Assembly (NCBI GenBank): GCA_964509605.1
Contig: CAZDXF010000001.1
Coordinates: 79,619 to 143,618 of the forward strand
DNA: 64,000 nt
Reading direction: 5' to 3'
Origin: an uncultured Candidatus Saccharibacteria bacterium
GTDB lineage: Bacteria > Patescibacteriota > Minisyncoccia > Phycocordibacterales > Zambryskibacteraceae
Below the pieces are notes generated by a model. The model did no database searches and was not told the DNA's origin. It saw only the letters and a list, made by a program, of their open reading frames with translations. Of this stretch, positions 45,506 to 54,775 are shown piece by piece. The first letter of the stretch is position 1. Every line of letters starts with the position of its first letter. The position numbers were made by a program, and so were the translations under genes.

Positions 45506-47284
45506 TCAAACGCCAACGGTGAGACGACGCTTCTTTGTCGCCACCTTTTTGGACTGAGACTTGCCATCGGAAGACTTCTGATCCTTAACGTTGCTGTCAA
45601 GAATCTTCTTGCCACGACGTCCTCCAAACTGACGCCCGGCGATGGTATCGCCGTGAATCAGCATGAAAACGTACGGGGCATAGGTCTCCTCCAACACAAG
45701 TTCTGCGAACGGCGCCCAATCGCTCGGGGCGGCCCGGAGAGCCAGCGCCTGTAGCATGACATACTCCTGGAAACGCATCAGAGTTCTGTCACTGTGCTCT
45801 TCGCACTGTTGCCACAGAGGGTGCAGAACATTAATCCTCAGGGTGCCGGTTTCCTCTTCCAATACCCAGAGTCGGTCGCTTCCCTGAATAGCATCATGCA
45901 CCAACTGAAGTCCGAGACTGTTGCTACGGACAATCGTTCGGCGTGTGCCTTTTGGACCAACGACCGTCATGGGACGGTGTTCTGGACGTTCCTTCTCGGG
46001 TTCAAAGTTCTCATTACCCTCACCCTCACCATTTGAGGGCTTCTCGGGACGAAGGTTATTGACGGCCAGAGACGTTTCCGGAGAAGGACTTCCCTTCTTT
46101 TCGAAATGCCCAGGTCCAATCGAACCCTTCTTGAAAGACTCAATGGCCTTGAGAAGCCCAGCAAACTGCGGCCTCTTCAACATCTCTTCGATGACTTTCA
46201 TCGAACGAATGCCGAGTTGCTGGTAGCGCTCCTCTTGCCGCTGATCATTAGCGTCCTGATAATGCTCGGCGCCGTGTTCAGCGAACCACTTTTCGAGGAT
46301 CACACAGAAACCAACCAGCGACTCGTCGGCCTCAAACGACCGGCGACTGGCGTGGAGTGTGATTGCACTGTTGAGGACCTCACCCTCGAAAAGACCAGAA
46401 CCCAGAGCAGACACAAGCTCATCCGAGAGCTTACACGCCTCCGGCAAGGACCGATTGAATGTCGAGAAGTTCAGACGAAAATCGTTGTCCTTCTCGCCAA
46501 CCAAGACCTTACCATTGCGCTTACCCTTCTTATCCTTCTGGGCCAAGAAGAGTCGGAAGTGGGTCTGCCCCGACTCCCTGTCTCGATAATCGACCTCTTC
46601 CAGCTTCCTGCCAGTGAAGTCCTTGGCCCTGATTTCACAACTCTGCCGTTCACCGTCTTCATCGACGACAGTCAACTCAATCACCGACTGGTTCTTACGC
46701 ATGGTGGAAGCGAAACGCTCCAACACACCATCACGAAGGGAATCCATAGTCACGATGTTGATCTGTCGATCGGTCGTGAACCCTTCGATTCTCACCTCAG
46801 TACGCCAGCGAACAGAGGACACTCCACGAACCACTCGCGTCTCTGCCCGAGAAAACTGCAGATCGAGGCGCTCCCTCATGGGGATGCCTTCGATCTTCTG
46901 CTGTTTCAGGAGATCGTCGGTAACGAAGCTCCACTCCAAGAAACCCTTGGGGTTCCGCTTGGTAGTGGAGGTAAAGATGAATCGAGCACACTTGCCCAAT
47001 GGCGAGATAAGCCCAAGACCAAAGCGTCCCAATTTATCCTTCTTCTTGATGGAAGAGGAAACGCTGGTCAGGGCCTTTTCAAACTCTTGCTGACTCACTC
47101 CATCTCCATCATCGCGGACAGCGATCTGACGCTGCTTCTGATTCACAACGATGGTGATAACCTGAGCTCCCTTGTCGAGACAGTTTTGCACGCTCTCGAG
47201 CAAGACATCCAGGATCCTAGGGTAGTACCCCGCAAGTTTGAGCAGGGCCGCTCCCTCATGAAAACTAAAAGGGCTCTGTTTCAC
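45506..47284 (-). CDS. GHKL-superfamily ATPase (MORC/MutL/Hsp90-like Bergerat fold) with unknown C-terminal domains; third gene of the GC-rich operon
   Basis: N-box ESVQNCLDKGA (ExxxNxxD), G1 RDDGDGV, and G2 LGRFGLGLIS, followed by ~450 aa without recognised motifs, including an E/G-rich linker. GTG start with an AAAGGAGA Shine-Dalgarno sequence. About 55% GC. Confidence 0.7.
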   Translation of the reverse strand: MKQSPFSFHEGAALLKLAGYYPRILDVLLESVQNCLDKGAQVITIVVNQKQRQIAVRDDGDGVSQQEFEKALTSVSSSIKKKDKLGRFGLGLISPLGKCARFIFTSTTKRNPKGFLEWSFVTDDLLKQQKIEGIPMRERLDLQFSRAETRVVRGVSSVRWRTEVRIEGFTTDRQINIVTMDSLRDGVLERFASTMRKNQSVIELTVVDEDGERQSCEIRAKDFTGRKLEEVDYRDRESGQTHFRLFLAQKDKKGKRNGKVLVGEKDNDFRLNFSTFNRSLPEACKLSDELVSALGSGLFEGEVLNSAITLHASRRSFEADESLVGFCVILEKWFAEHGAEHYQDANDQRQEERYQQLGIRSMKVIEEMLKRPQFAGLLKAIESFKKGSIGPGHFEKKGSPSPETSLAVNNLRPEKPSNGEGEGNENFEPEKERPEHRPMTVVGPKGTRRTIVRSNSLGLQLVHDAIQGSDRLWVLEEETGTLRINVLHPLWQQCEEHSDRTLMRFQEYVMLQALALRAAPSDWAPFAELVLEETYAPYVFMLIHGDTIAGRQFGGRRGKKILDSNVKDQKSSDGKSQSKKVATKKRRLTVGV

Positions 47285-47301
47285 TGCAGTCTCCTTTTTG
47301 C

Positions 47302-48072
47302 TTATTGCTGGTGGTTGTTGACAAGCTCGCGAGCCTTCTCACTACAGAGTCGACTCGACGCTTTCGACAGGCGAAACATACCATCAGATCCAGTCCGCTT
47401 ACGCAGCTCGTTACGTTGTTCTCGACTGGTTTCAGAAACCGCCCTTTCAAGAAGAGGGGTGATAGCCAAAACCAGATGAGCCAAGACCTCAATTGAAATT
47501 GGGTCTTGTTTCTCAAGATCGAGTGCGCCTTTTGCTACTTGAGTAACTGGTGTACTGGGGGGGTCCGTCTCAACATAAATCTTGATTGACGGAACCCGCA
47601 TCAAAACGCTAAGCAGGGTGGCCTTTTTCTTTGCCAACTCTTCCCCTGCTTCCCCATAGAGCCTTTCTACCTTCTGCGTTCTGGCAGTGTTGGTATCAGA
47701 ATCCGCACGAGCCAAGCGAAATACGCTGTGCGTATCACCGAAACCAAGATGTTCACGGGCTTCTTCTGGCGTCAAAATATCGTACGCCAAAAGCTCGGCT
47801 AGCTTGTGACTGACATGATCAGTACCATGCACATATTCCACAAGCTCGTACCCAACCGCTTCGAGAAATAGACGAAGCTTGATCAGTGGCTCTCCCAACG
47901 GAACATTTCGACCATAAATCCAGGCCGATACCGTGTCAGGATGAACGCGCACAAACTCAACCAGTGGCAATTTCGCCTTGCCAGCTTCCTTGCTACCTTT
48001 CGGTGGTAGAGAATGTTCGGCAAAATGTGCCAAACACTCAATTGTGGTGCCTCGAAACAGTTTACTCATCAC
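47302..48072 (-). CDS. Hypothetical helical protein (256 aa); second gene of the GC-rich operon
   Basis: AAGGAG Shine-Dalgarno sequence 6 nt upstream. About 55% GC. It lies 17 bp upstream of the GHKL ATPase gene. Confidence 0.6.
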   Translation of the reverse strand: MMSKLFRGTTIECLAHFAEHSLPPKGSKEAGKAKLPLVEFVRVHPDTVSAWIYGRNVPLGEPLIKLRLFLEAVGYELVEYVHGTDHVSHKLAELLAYDILTPEEAREHLGFGDTHSVFRLARADSDTNTARTQKVERLYGEAGEELAKKKATLLSVLMRVPSIKIYVETDPPSTPVTQVAKGALDLEKQDPISIEVLAHLVLAITPLLERAVSETSREQRNELRKRTGSDGMFRLSKASSRLCSEKARELVNNHQQ

Positions 48073-48086
48073 TTTCTCCTTGTCGC

Positions 48087-48365
48087 TTATTGCTGGTTTA
48101 TTTCTGCGAGTGAAAAAGGTCTGGCCTCAAATGCGCGCCAACCCTTGGCAAACTTCTGGAGATTACCCAGAAGAACTACTTGACCCTTTCGGACATCTGC
48201 CGAACCTTTCCAATATTCGATCGAAAAGGTTACAGCAGTGCCCTTAGGTAAAACACCGTCGATTTTTGTGAAGGTTACTGCGTAGCGTCCATTACTGGAC
48301 GAACGAATTTCTCCTACAGTTGCCTCCAGAAGAGAATCTCTCTCTTCTCTCTTAACATTTGACAC
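48087..48365 (-). CDS. Hypothetical small protein (~92 aa, GTG start); first gene of the GC-rich operon
   Basis: An internal GAAAGGAGCAAAAAAGUG (Shine-Dalgarno + GTG) lies inside the track ORF 48087..48452. That ORF has no Met and starts with TTG directly after the lysS terminator. A TTGACA-N17-TATTGT promoter lies upstream at 48406-48434. The C-terminal tail and the following junction resemble those of gene 2. Confidence 0.4.
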   Translation of the reverse strand: MSNVKREERDSLLEATVGEIRSSSNGRYAVTFTKIDGVLPKGTAVTFSIEYWKGSADVRKGQVVLLGNLQKFAKGWRAFEARPFSLAEINQQ

Positions 48366-48405
48366 TTTTTTGCTCCTTTCAAAGAACTGTTTAAAAACTG
48401 GCAAA

Positions 48406-48434
48406 ACAATATCAGTAAAATTAATTTTGTCAAG
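48406..48434 (-). promoter_or_regulatory. Candidate sigma70-type promoter of the GC-rich operon (TTGACA-N17-TATTGT)
   Basis: Read on the minus strand. It is located between the lysS terminator hairpin (48462-48498) and the internal SD-GTG start. Confidence 0.4.
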
Positions 48435-48522
48435 ATTAGGGACTTTTATCAAAGAAGATCAGAAAACAAAAAAATACTGAGTAAATATCCTCAGTATTTT
48501 TTTGTTTTTTATTCACTTTTCT

Positions 48523-49998
48523 TTACTCTTTCCTCGGTTTAAGAGTTGGAAACAGGATAACTTCTTTAATATTTTTTGTATCAGTCAGAAGCATTACAAG
48601 ACGATCTATTCCTATACCAATTCCTCCATTTGGTGGCATACCATATTCCATTGCTTCCAAATATTCCTGATCGGACGGAGAAATTTCTGATTCTCCAGAT
48701 TCTCCTTTTTTGTCTTGCTCCAAATATCTTTCTTTCTGATCAATCGGATTATTCAATTCCGAAAATGCATTCACCAACTCCACTCCCCCAACAACAAGTT
48801 GAAATCTGTCTATCAAATCAGGGTTGCCATCTTTTCTCTTTGCGAAAGGATTCATTGCAACAGGATAATCAATTATGAAAGTTGGCTGAATGAGCTTGCC
48901 TCGAGCGGTTTTCTTATAAATATTGTCCAATATTTTTTCTAAAGCATCATCTGAATCAACTTTGACTCCAAGTTGCTGAGCGCGAATAGATGCATCTTCT
49001 CTTGTTATTGATTCTGGATTTGGTATGAGAGCCGTTCTCTTCAAAAGATCGTAGAAACTAACAACTGCAAATTTTTTTCCAAAATCAATCGTGTTTCCAT
49101 CATAAGAAATTTTGCTTTTACCAAACATTTTTTTGACAATGTGTTTGAAGAGGCGTTCTATAAAATCTCTCTGGCTTTTTGCGTCAGCATAAGCTTCGTT
49201 TGACTCAAGCATTGTAAACTCCGGATTGTGAGTGGTATCAATGCCCTCGTTTCTAAATCTCCTTCCCATTTCATAGACTTTTGTAAAACCGCCAACCAAA
49301 AGTTCTTTGAGATAAAGTTCTTGAGCTATTGGCAAATAAAAGTCGGTATCCAGAGCATTGTGGTGAACTGTAAAAGGTCGTGCTGTTGCACCACCGGCAA
49401 GTGGTTGAAGATGAGGCAATTCCACTTCCAAATAACCCTCTTCGTTATAAAACTTCCTAACCTCATCCATGAGACGAATCCTGAAAAGAAATCTCTCTTT
49501 GGTTTCTGGATTCATAAGAGTATCCAGATATCTTCTTCTAAACCTCTCTTCAATATCCTGCAAACCGTGCCATTTCTCTGGCAAAGGGCGAAGAGATTTT
49601 GAAAGCATTCTCCAAGAGTGGACTTGAATAGTTTTTTCTTTTCTTTTTGTTAAAAACAAATTTCCTCGAACTTCAACAAAGTCTCCAATATCAACCGTCT
49701 CTTGAAAAAGAGAAAATTCCTCGTCTTTTATTTTTTCACCCTTTTTAATTAAAGCTTGAAATTTTTCAGTCCCATCTGAAAAATGAAAGAAAATTATTGC
49801 GCCTTGAGGTCGTAGGGAAAGAATTCTACCAACAAGATTTATCGGCTTTTTTTGTTTTGAAAGTTTAGAAAAATTTTTTACTACTTCAGAAAGCTCATAA
49901 TCCTGATTTGAAGAGGTTGGATACGGATCTATCCCTCTGTCTTGCAAAATTTTTAGCTTTTCCAGTCTTGTATTTCTTATGTCGTCTAGAGAACTCAC
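48523..49998 (-). CDS. lysS: Lysine--tRNA ligase (class II)
   Basis: N-terminal OB fold and class II motifs ([18 protein letters not shown]; motif 3 near the C-terminus). Confidence 0.95.
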   Translation of the reverse strand: MSSLDDIRNTRLEKLKILQDRGIDPYPTSSNQDYELSEVVKNFSKLSKQKKPINLVGRILSLRPQGAIIFFHFSDGTEKFQALIKKGEKIKDEEFSLFQETVDIGDFVEVRGNLFLTKRKEKTIQVHSWRMLSKSLRPLPEKWHGLQDIEERFRRRYLDTLMNPETKERFLFRIRLMDEVRKFYNEEGYLEVELPHLQPLAGGATARPFTVHHNALDTDFYLPIAQELYLKELLVGGFTKVYEMGRRFRNEGIDTTHNPEFTMLESNEAYADAKSQRDFIERLFKHIVKKMFGKSKISYDGNTIDFGKKFAVVSFYDLLKRTALIPNPESITREDASIRAQQLGVKVDSDDALEKILDNIYKKTARGKLIQPTFIIDYPVAMNPFAKRKDGNPDLIDRFQLVVGGVELVNAFSELNNPIDQKERYLEQDKKGESGESEISPSDQEYLEAMEYGMPPNGGIGIGIDRLVMLLTDTKNIKEVILFPTLKPRKE

Positions 49999-50056
49999 GG
50001 TTGAAATAGTTAGTGTTGGTAATCAAAATGACAACCAGAAAATATCCTTATTTCTA

Positions 50057-50524
50057 TTACTGAATGCTGATTATCTTATAAGTCATTGTACCAGAGGGGG
50101 TCTTGAAAGAAAATGTCTCTCCTTTCTTCTTTCCAATCACAGCTGAACCAAAAGGAGATTTTGCAGAAATCTTTCCGCTACTAGAGTCGGCTTCTTCAGA
50201 GCCAACCATTGTAAAGGTCTTCTTATCTTTTTCCCCATCTTTCTGCACCGTAATAACAGAACCGACAGAAACAATGTTGGTGCTGTGTGAAGAAACAATA
50301 GTTGCAGACTTTAAAATCATCTCCAGCTTTCTGATTCTATCTTCAATATTTGCCTGCATATCGCGAGCTTCGTGATATTCGGCATTTTCAGAAAGATCGC
50401 CAAGAGCTTTGGCATACTCCAAATTTTCAGCCACTTCTTTGCGCTTTACAGTCTTTAGTTCCGTGAGCTCGTTTTTGAACTCATCGTACTTTTCCTGTGT
50501 TAAATATTCGTGTTCGTCTGCCAT
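50057..50524 (-). CDS. greA: Transcription elongation factor GreA
   Basis: Coiled-coil N-domain with the acidic tip (DLSENAEYH) and an FKBP-like C-domain. The start is taken at MADEHEY rather than the upstream in-frame extension. Confidence 0.9.
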   Translation of the reverse strand: MADEHEYLTQEKYDEFKNELTELKTVKRKEVAENLEYAKALGDLSENAEYHEARDMQANIEDRIRKLEMILKSATIVSSHSTNIVSVGSVITVQKDGEKDKKTFTMVGSEEADSSSGKISAKSPFGSAVIGKKKGETFSFKTPSGTMTYKIISIQ

Positions 50525-50587
50525 ATTTGTGGGGCTAAATGCTACAGGAAAATACCTAAAAGTCAATCAAAATAAAGCGAATGATAA

Positions 50588-50616
50588 AGACTAGACTAAA
50601 AACCACTTGACTAAAA
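50588..50616 (+). promoter_or_regulatory. Strong sigma70-type promoter TTGACT-N16-TATAAT driving the downstream noncoding locus
   Basis: ACTTGACTAAAATATTATATTTGATATAATAGG. Confidence 0.55.
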
Positions 50617-50621
50617 TATTA

Positions 50622-50945
50622 TATTTGATATAATAGGATGAGATTGAAGTAATGGTCTGCCCGACCTACGGGGTACAGTCGGGAACAAAACAGGCCGAAT
50701 GGTATCGGTGGAGACTTCCCCGCCATTGATCCGGCACAAGCAGAAAGGCTCGGTACGCCCTATCCAAAAGGATAAACAACGGCCGACACCTCCTGCTCGG
50801 AACTCTGGTAAAGCAAGCTCCTGCGATGCCCCGGCGTGTTTTAGCTAATCTTATATGATTGGCCGCGCCGGAACCGAACAAAATGGGCGCCCAGCGTCCT
50901 GAAATAATAAGGTCCCGACGCGCGTGTCGGGACCTGTTTTTTTAT
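50622..50945 (+). ncRNA. Structured ncRNA candidate (~325 nt, GC-rich, promoter-to-terminator, no ORF); class unassigned (long-form SRP RNA, RNase P RNA or tmRNA are candidates)
   Basis: About 58% GC. Nested helices GGUCUG/CAGGCC and CCCGAC/GUCGGG. A UCCGGCACAAGCAGAAAGG segment resembles SRP domain IV (UCCGGAAGGAAGCAGC). The 3' terminator is GGUCCCGACGCGCGUGUCGGGACC + U7. No forward ORF. Confidence 0.5.
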
Positions 50946-50951
50946 AAAAAT

Positions 50952-52664
50952 CTACCTCACATACTCTAGTGTATTTATATACATCCATTCCAAAAGCTGT
51001 CGCATCACAAAAGTCGCCCCAATAGTGTTTGCTCTCGGCCCCCTTTCCATTATTACCGCAAATGAATATTTTGGATTTTCATAAGGAAAAAAGCCAACGA
51101 CCCAAGAGTTTACAAATTCTTTCAAAGCACCGAGCTCTGCTGTTCCCGTCTTTCCCGCCACCGCAATACCAGGCATAGAAAGTCCTGAAGCCGTGCCTTC
51201 CTGAACAGACATTCTCATCCCCTCTCTCGCTATTTTTAAATTCTCCTCTTTGAAAGACAGTTTCTCCGCTTTATTTCTTTTATTAGGTTCAAGTTTTCTA
51301 ATCGTTGGATTCAACAAATATCCGCCGTTGGCAAGAGATGAAATAGCTCTAACAGCCTGAATTGGTGTAACTTGAAATCCATATTGACCAATTGAAGTGT
51401 TGTAAGTATCTCCCACCCTCCAAACATCTTCACCAAAAGTTTCAAGCTTCCACTGCGGGCTAGGGACATTGCCAAACTGCTCAAGACCAATATCAACTCC
51501 AGTAGGTTTTCCAAAACCAAATCGCTCCATATAATCTTTTATTTTTGTAATTCCCAAGCCAGGCTGATCACCATATCCTCCGCCTATTGAAAAAAAATAT
51601 ACATTTGAAGACACAGCAATAGCTCTCCTCATATCAGTCAAACCGTGAGCTTTCCAGTCTCTAAAAATAGTTGTCTGCGATGGGTTGTAAGGATTTGGAA
51701 TGGTTATTGAACCAGTGCTCAAAATTTCTTTGTTTGGAGAAATAATATTTTCTTCAAGTGCGGCAACAGAAAGAAATGGTTTGATTATAGAACCTGGAAT
51801 ATAGAGTCCAGAAATTGCTCTGTTTAAAAAAGGATTGCTTTTGTTATTCAAAAAATTATTAATCTGCTGGGAATCTTTTCCTTGAGTCATTGTGTCGGAG
51901 TCGTATTCGGGAAAACTCGTCATTGCCAAAATTTCTCCAGTGTGAATATCCATCAATATTCCAGCTCCGCCCTGAAAACCATAGTCCGAAGATGTTTTTT
52001 CGATAATTTCATAGAGCTTGTCAGAAACTCTTGCATCTATTGAAAGAGACAAATTTTCTCCATCTTTTGGAAGTCTAAGGGTATTTTCCGACTGAACTTC
52101 ACCAAAGGCATCTGTTTCTGTAATTTTCAAACCATTTCTTCCAGCAAGAATATCTTCGTAGTATATTTCCACACCATCCCTTCCGCTAAATTTATCATCA
52201 TAATAAATTCCAAATTTATCTTTTGAAGGATATTTCAAATAACCAACAATGTGAGAAATACCTGAAAAATCTGCATATTCACGCAGAGAAAAATCACCAT
52301 CCGGATTCAAACCGTTCCAAACCAAATGCTCTCCATTTCTATCGAGAATTAGGCCTCTGTTGGCAAAAATCGTAGTATGTCGCAAGTGATTGTTCTGACT
52401 TCTGGTTTCAAAAGCTTCCCCTTGAACAACTTGCAAAAACCAAAGCTTCCCTACAAAAATAAGACCTATTAGGACAAAACTTGCCCCAAGAAAAAATACC
52501 GCTCTCCTATCAACAGGTTTCTCTATTCTTCCTTCAAACTGATGGACATCAAACTCTGGCAGATTTTTTGAATCAAGAAAAATCTCATCAGGATCTATTT
52601 CCTTATTGCGATATGAACCGCGGTTGAACATTCCGCGTAAAAATTTTTTCCAAAAGTGAATCAT
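50952..52664 (-). CDS. mrdA: Class B penicillin-binding protein PBP2 (elongasome transpeptidase)
   Basis: TM anchor plus transpeptidase motifs (SIIKP, SSN, KTGTA). It lies downstream of mreBCD. Confidence 0.85.
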   Translation of the reverse strand: MIHFWKKFLRGMFNRGSYRNKEIDPDEIFLDSKNLPEFDVHQFEGRIEKPVDRRAVFFLGASFVLIGLIFVGKLWFLQVVQGEAFETRSQNNHLRHTTIFANRGLILDRNGEHLVWNGLNPDGDFSLREYADFSGISHIVGYLKYPSKDKFGIYYDDKFSGRDGVEIYYEDILAGRNGLKITETDAFGEVQSENTLRLPKDGENLSLSIDARVSDKLYEIIEKTSSDYGFQGGAGILMDIHTGEILAMTSFPEYDSDTMTQGKDSQQINNFLNNKSNPFLNRAISGLYIPGSIIKPFLSVAALEENIISPNKEILSTGSITIPNPYNPSQTTIFRDWKAHGLTDMRRAIAVSSNVYFFSIGGGYGDQPGLGITKIKDYMERFGFGKPTGVDIGLEQFGNVPSPQWKLETFGEDVWRVGDTYNTSIGQYGFQVTPIQAVRAISSLANGGYLLNPTIRKLEPNKRNKAEKLSFKEENLKIAREGMRMSVQEGTASGLSMPGIAVAGKTGTAELGALKEFVNSWVVGFFPYENPKYSFAVIMERGPRANTIGATFVMRQLLEWMYINTLEYVR

Positions 52665-52939
52665 TATTTATGAAAAGAGAAATTTTCTTTTAGAACATAG
52701 GACACCAGAAACAAAAAAGAAAGACCTAAGGTTGTGGCGTAATCTGTCAAAAATTTTCCGCTTATCCCACCATAAAGTGTATCCATAAAGACCCCCACAA
52801 TCAACGCCTCATAAAAAGACCTGAAAACAAATATTCCGAAAGCAGATAGAGCAACTGTAATCCACCAAGGAAAAATAAAAATGGAAATAAATAAAATTAC
52901 AGAAAAAATAATTCTTTTTGAAAAATATTTTTGCATCAC
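52664..52939 (-). CDS. mreD: Rod shape-determining protein MreD
   Basis: 91-aa polytopic membrane protein immediately after mreC. Confidence 0.7.
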   Translation of the reverse strand: MMQKYFSKRIIFSVILFISIFIFPWWITVALSAFGIFVFRSFYEALIVGVFMDTLYGGISGKFLTDYATTLGLSFLFLVSYVLKENFSFHK

Positions 52940-53736
52940 CTTCTTTCTACCTCAACCCATTGCAGACTGAAAATGTTTACGGGAGAAGATAGGAAAAGTT
53001 TTTTAAATGAATCGGTCTCTCTTTGTTCAATCGACTCTACTTTTGCCAATATCTGACTTGGAGAAGAGGGTAAAACGAAAATGTCTCCTACCACAACATC
53101 TGTCCCTGCGGGTACAGAAACTTCAAAGTTTCCACCCCCTCTACCCTTGAGAGTAAATGAGAGTCCGTTTCTTAAAACTTCAGCGACTGTCTCTCTATTT
53201 GCGCTTGAAAAGAGTTCTGCTTTTGAAGTACCGCGACCGACTTCCGAAACCCAACCAACAAGAATTCCTTTGTCCCAAATGTGAGCACCAGAAAAAACCC
53301 CTTCATCGCTTCCAGATTCAATAACCAAAATATCAAAGGGAGACTGAGGGGGTTTGGCCAAAACGCGAGAGATCAAAGAATTTTCCTGAGCTTTTTTGCT
53401 CAAAATTTCATTAAGAAAAAGCTCTTCCCTGTTTAAAGAACGGAGAGACAAAATCTCTGCCTCAAGTTCAGAAACCCTCCTCTCAAGATTATCCTTTTCT
53501 TCCACAAGTTTTTTCTTAGAAGAAATCAAACCTATTGGATGAGAAATTATGTTTGAAAAAAAATCTCTAGTTTTCCAAAAAAAACTTCCGACAGGATAAA
53601 ACGCCCCGAAAAGAAAATTTGGAAAAAACAAATGAAATACAAATAAAAATACAATAAGAGCAGAAGTTATCTTGAAAGCTCTTTTGCCTGGAGAAGAATT
53701 TTTCCTTTTACTTGGTTGGAGGTAATTCATCTTCAT
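52936..53736 (-). CDS. mreC: Rod shape-determining protein MreC
   Basis: N-terminal TM segment, a coiled coil (LERRVSELEAEILSL), and beta-rich C-terminal domains. Confidence 0.85.
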   Translation of the reverse strand: MKMNYLQPSKRKNSSPGKRAFKITSALIVFLFVFHLFFPNFLFGAFYPVGSFFWKTRDFFSNIISHPIGLISSKKKLVEEKDNLERRVSELEAEILSLRSLNREELFLNEILSKKAQENSLISRVLAKPPQSPFDILVIESGSDEGVFSGAHIWDKGILVGWVSEVGRGTSKAELFSSANRETVAEVLRNGLSFTLKGRGGGNFEVSVPAGTDVVVGDIFVLPSSPSQILAKVESIEQRETDSFKKLFLSSPVNIFSLQWVEVERR

Positions 53737-54772
53737 TAGATATGAGAACCTCTTTAAAATTATTTATGTCTTCCAAAATTATTCCTGTCCCTCTAGCAAC
53801 AGTTGAAAGCGGGTCGGGAGCAACATAAACAGGAATTTTTATTTCTTCTTGAAGAAGCTCGGCTAGACCTTGAATAAGAGCGCCTCCTCCAGCCAAATGC
53901 ATTCCCCTATGCATAATATCCGACAGAACTTCTGGTGGAGTCGTCTCCAGCACTTCTCTGGTCGCTTCAACCAGACTCGCTATTGATTGAGATATTGCTT
54001 CCCTGACATCTGCATCAGTAATGACAACTTCTCTAGGAAGACCTGTAACCAAATCTCTCCCTTTTACAGACGCTTCAAGCGGAGCATCCCCCGGCAAAAC
54101 TGAGCCAATTGCTATTTTTATATTCTCGGCGGTTTTTTCTCCTATCAAAATTTTAAATTCACTTCTTATATATGAAATTATGTCGTTGTTAATCTTGTCT
54201 CCAGCGATTCGCAAATTTTTTGAACGCACCACTCCGCCCAGAGAAATTACCGCAATATCTGTTGTACCACCTCCCATATCAAGCACCATACTACCCACTG
54301 GATCGTTCACGGGAAGTCTCATTCCAATAGCTGCCGCCATCGGTTCTTCTACTATATGAACCTCGCCAGCTCCAGCGTTTCTCGTAGCATCACGCACTGC
54401 CCTTATTTCTACATTTGTAATACCAGAAGGCACTCCCACCACCACTCTTGGACCCAAAAGTTTTTTACCGGTTTTTTGAGCTTTATTTAAAAGATAAGTA
54501 ATCATTTCTTCCGTAACTTCAAAATCTGAAATGACTCCATCAACAAGAGGTTTTACAGCTGTAATATGAGAAGGTGTTCTGCCAAGCATCTGTTTTGCCT
54601 CACTTCCAACAGCAACTACTCTGCCGGTCTTTTGATTTAAAGCGACTACCGAAGGTTCATTGATGACAATTCCGCTTCCACGCAAATAGACAAGAGTATT
54701 TGCAGTTCCCAAATCAATACCGATATCGTTAGACAGAAGTCTTCTGAATTTTTCAAATGAATCTTTTTTCAT
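53708..54772 (-). CDS. mreB: Rod shape-determining protein MreB
   Basis: Actin-fold motifs (IGIDLGTANT, DMGGGTTD, LAGGGALI). Confidence 0.9.
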   Translation of the reverse strand: MKKDSFEKFRRLLSNDIGIDLGTANTLVYLRGSGIVINEPSVVALNQKTGRVVAVGSEAKQMLGRTPSHITAVKPLVDGVISDFEVTEEMITYLLNKAQKTGKKLLGPRVVVGVPSGITNVEIRAVRDATRNAGAGEVHIVEEPMAAAIGMRLPVNDPVGSMVLDMGGGTTDIAVISLGGVVRSKNLRIAGDKINNDIISYIRSEFKILIGEKTAENIKIAIGSVLPGDAPLEASVKGRDLVTGLPREVVITDADVREAISQSIASLVEATREVLETTPPEVLSDIMHRGMHLAGGGALIQGLAELLQEEIKIPVYVAPDPLSTVARGTGIILEDINNFKEVLISNEDELPPTK

Positions 54773-54775
54773 ATT

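Noticed and set aside
46106-47479. 457-aa plus-strand ORF, plus several 60-160-aa ORFs on both strands inside 45.5-47.5 kb
   Set aside because: They are antisense to the GHKL-ATPase gene in a GC-rich region. High GC suppresses stop codons, so long spurious ORFs are expected. They have no SD and no motifs.
48087-48452. Full 121-aa track ORF as gene 1 of the GC-rich operon
   Set aside because: It starts with TTG directly after the lysS terminator hairpin and has no Met anywhere. A promoter-like TTGACA-N17-TATTGT and an AAGGAG-N6-GTG lie inside it. The shorter 48087..48365 reading is more consistent, though it remains a low-confidence call.
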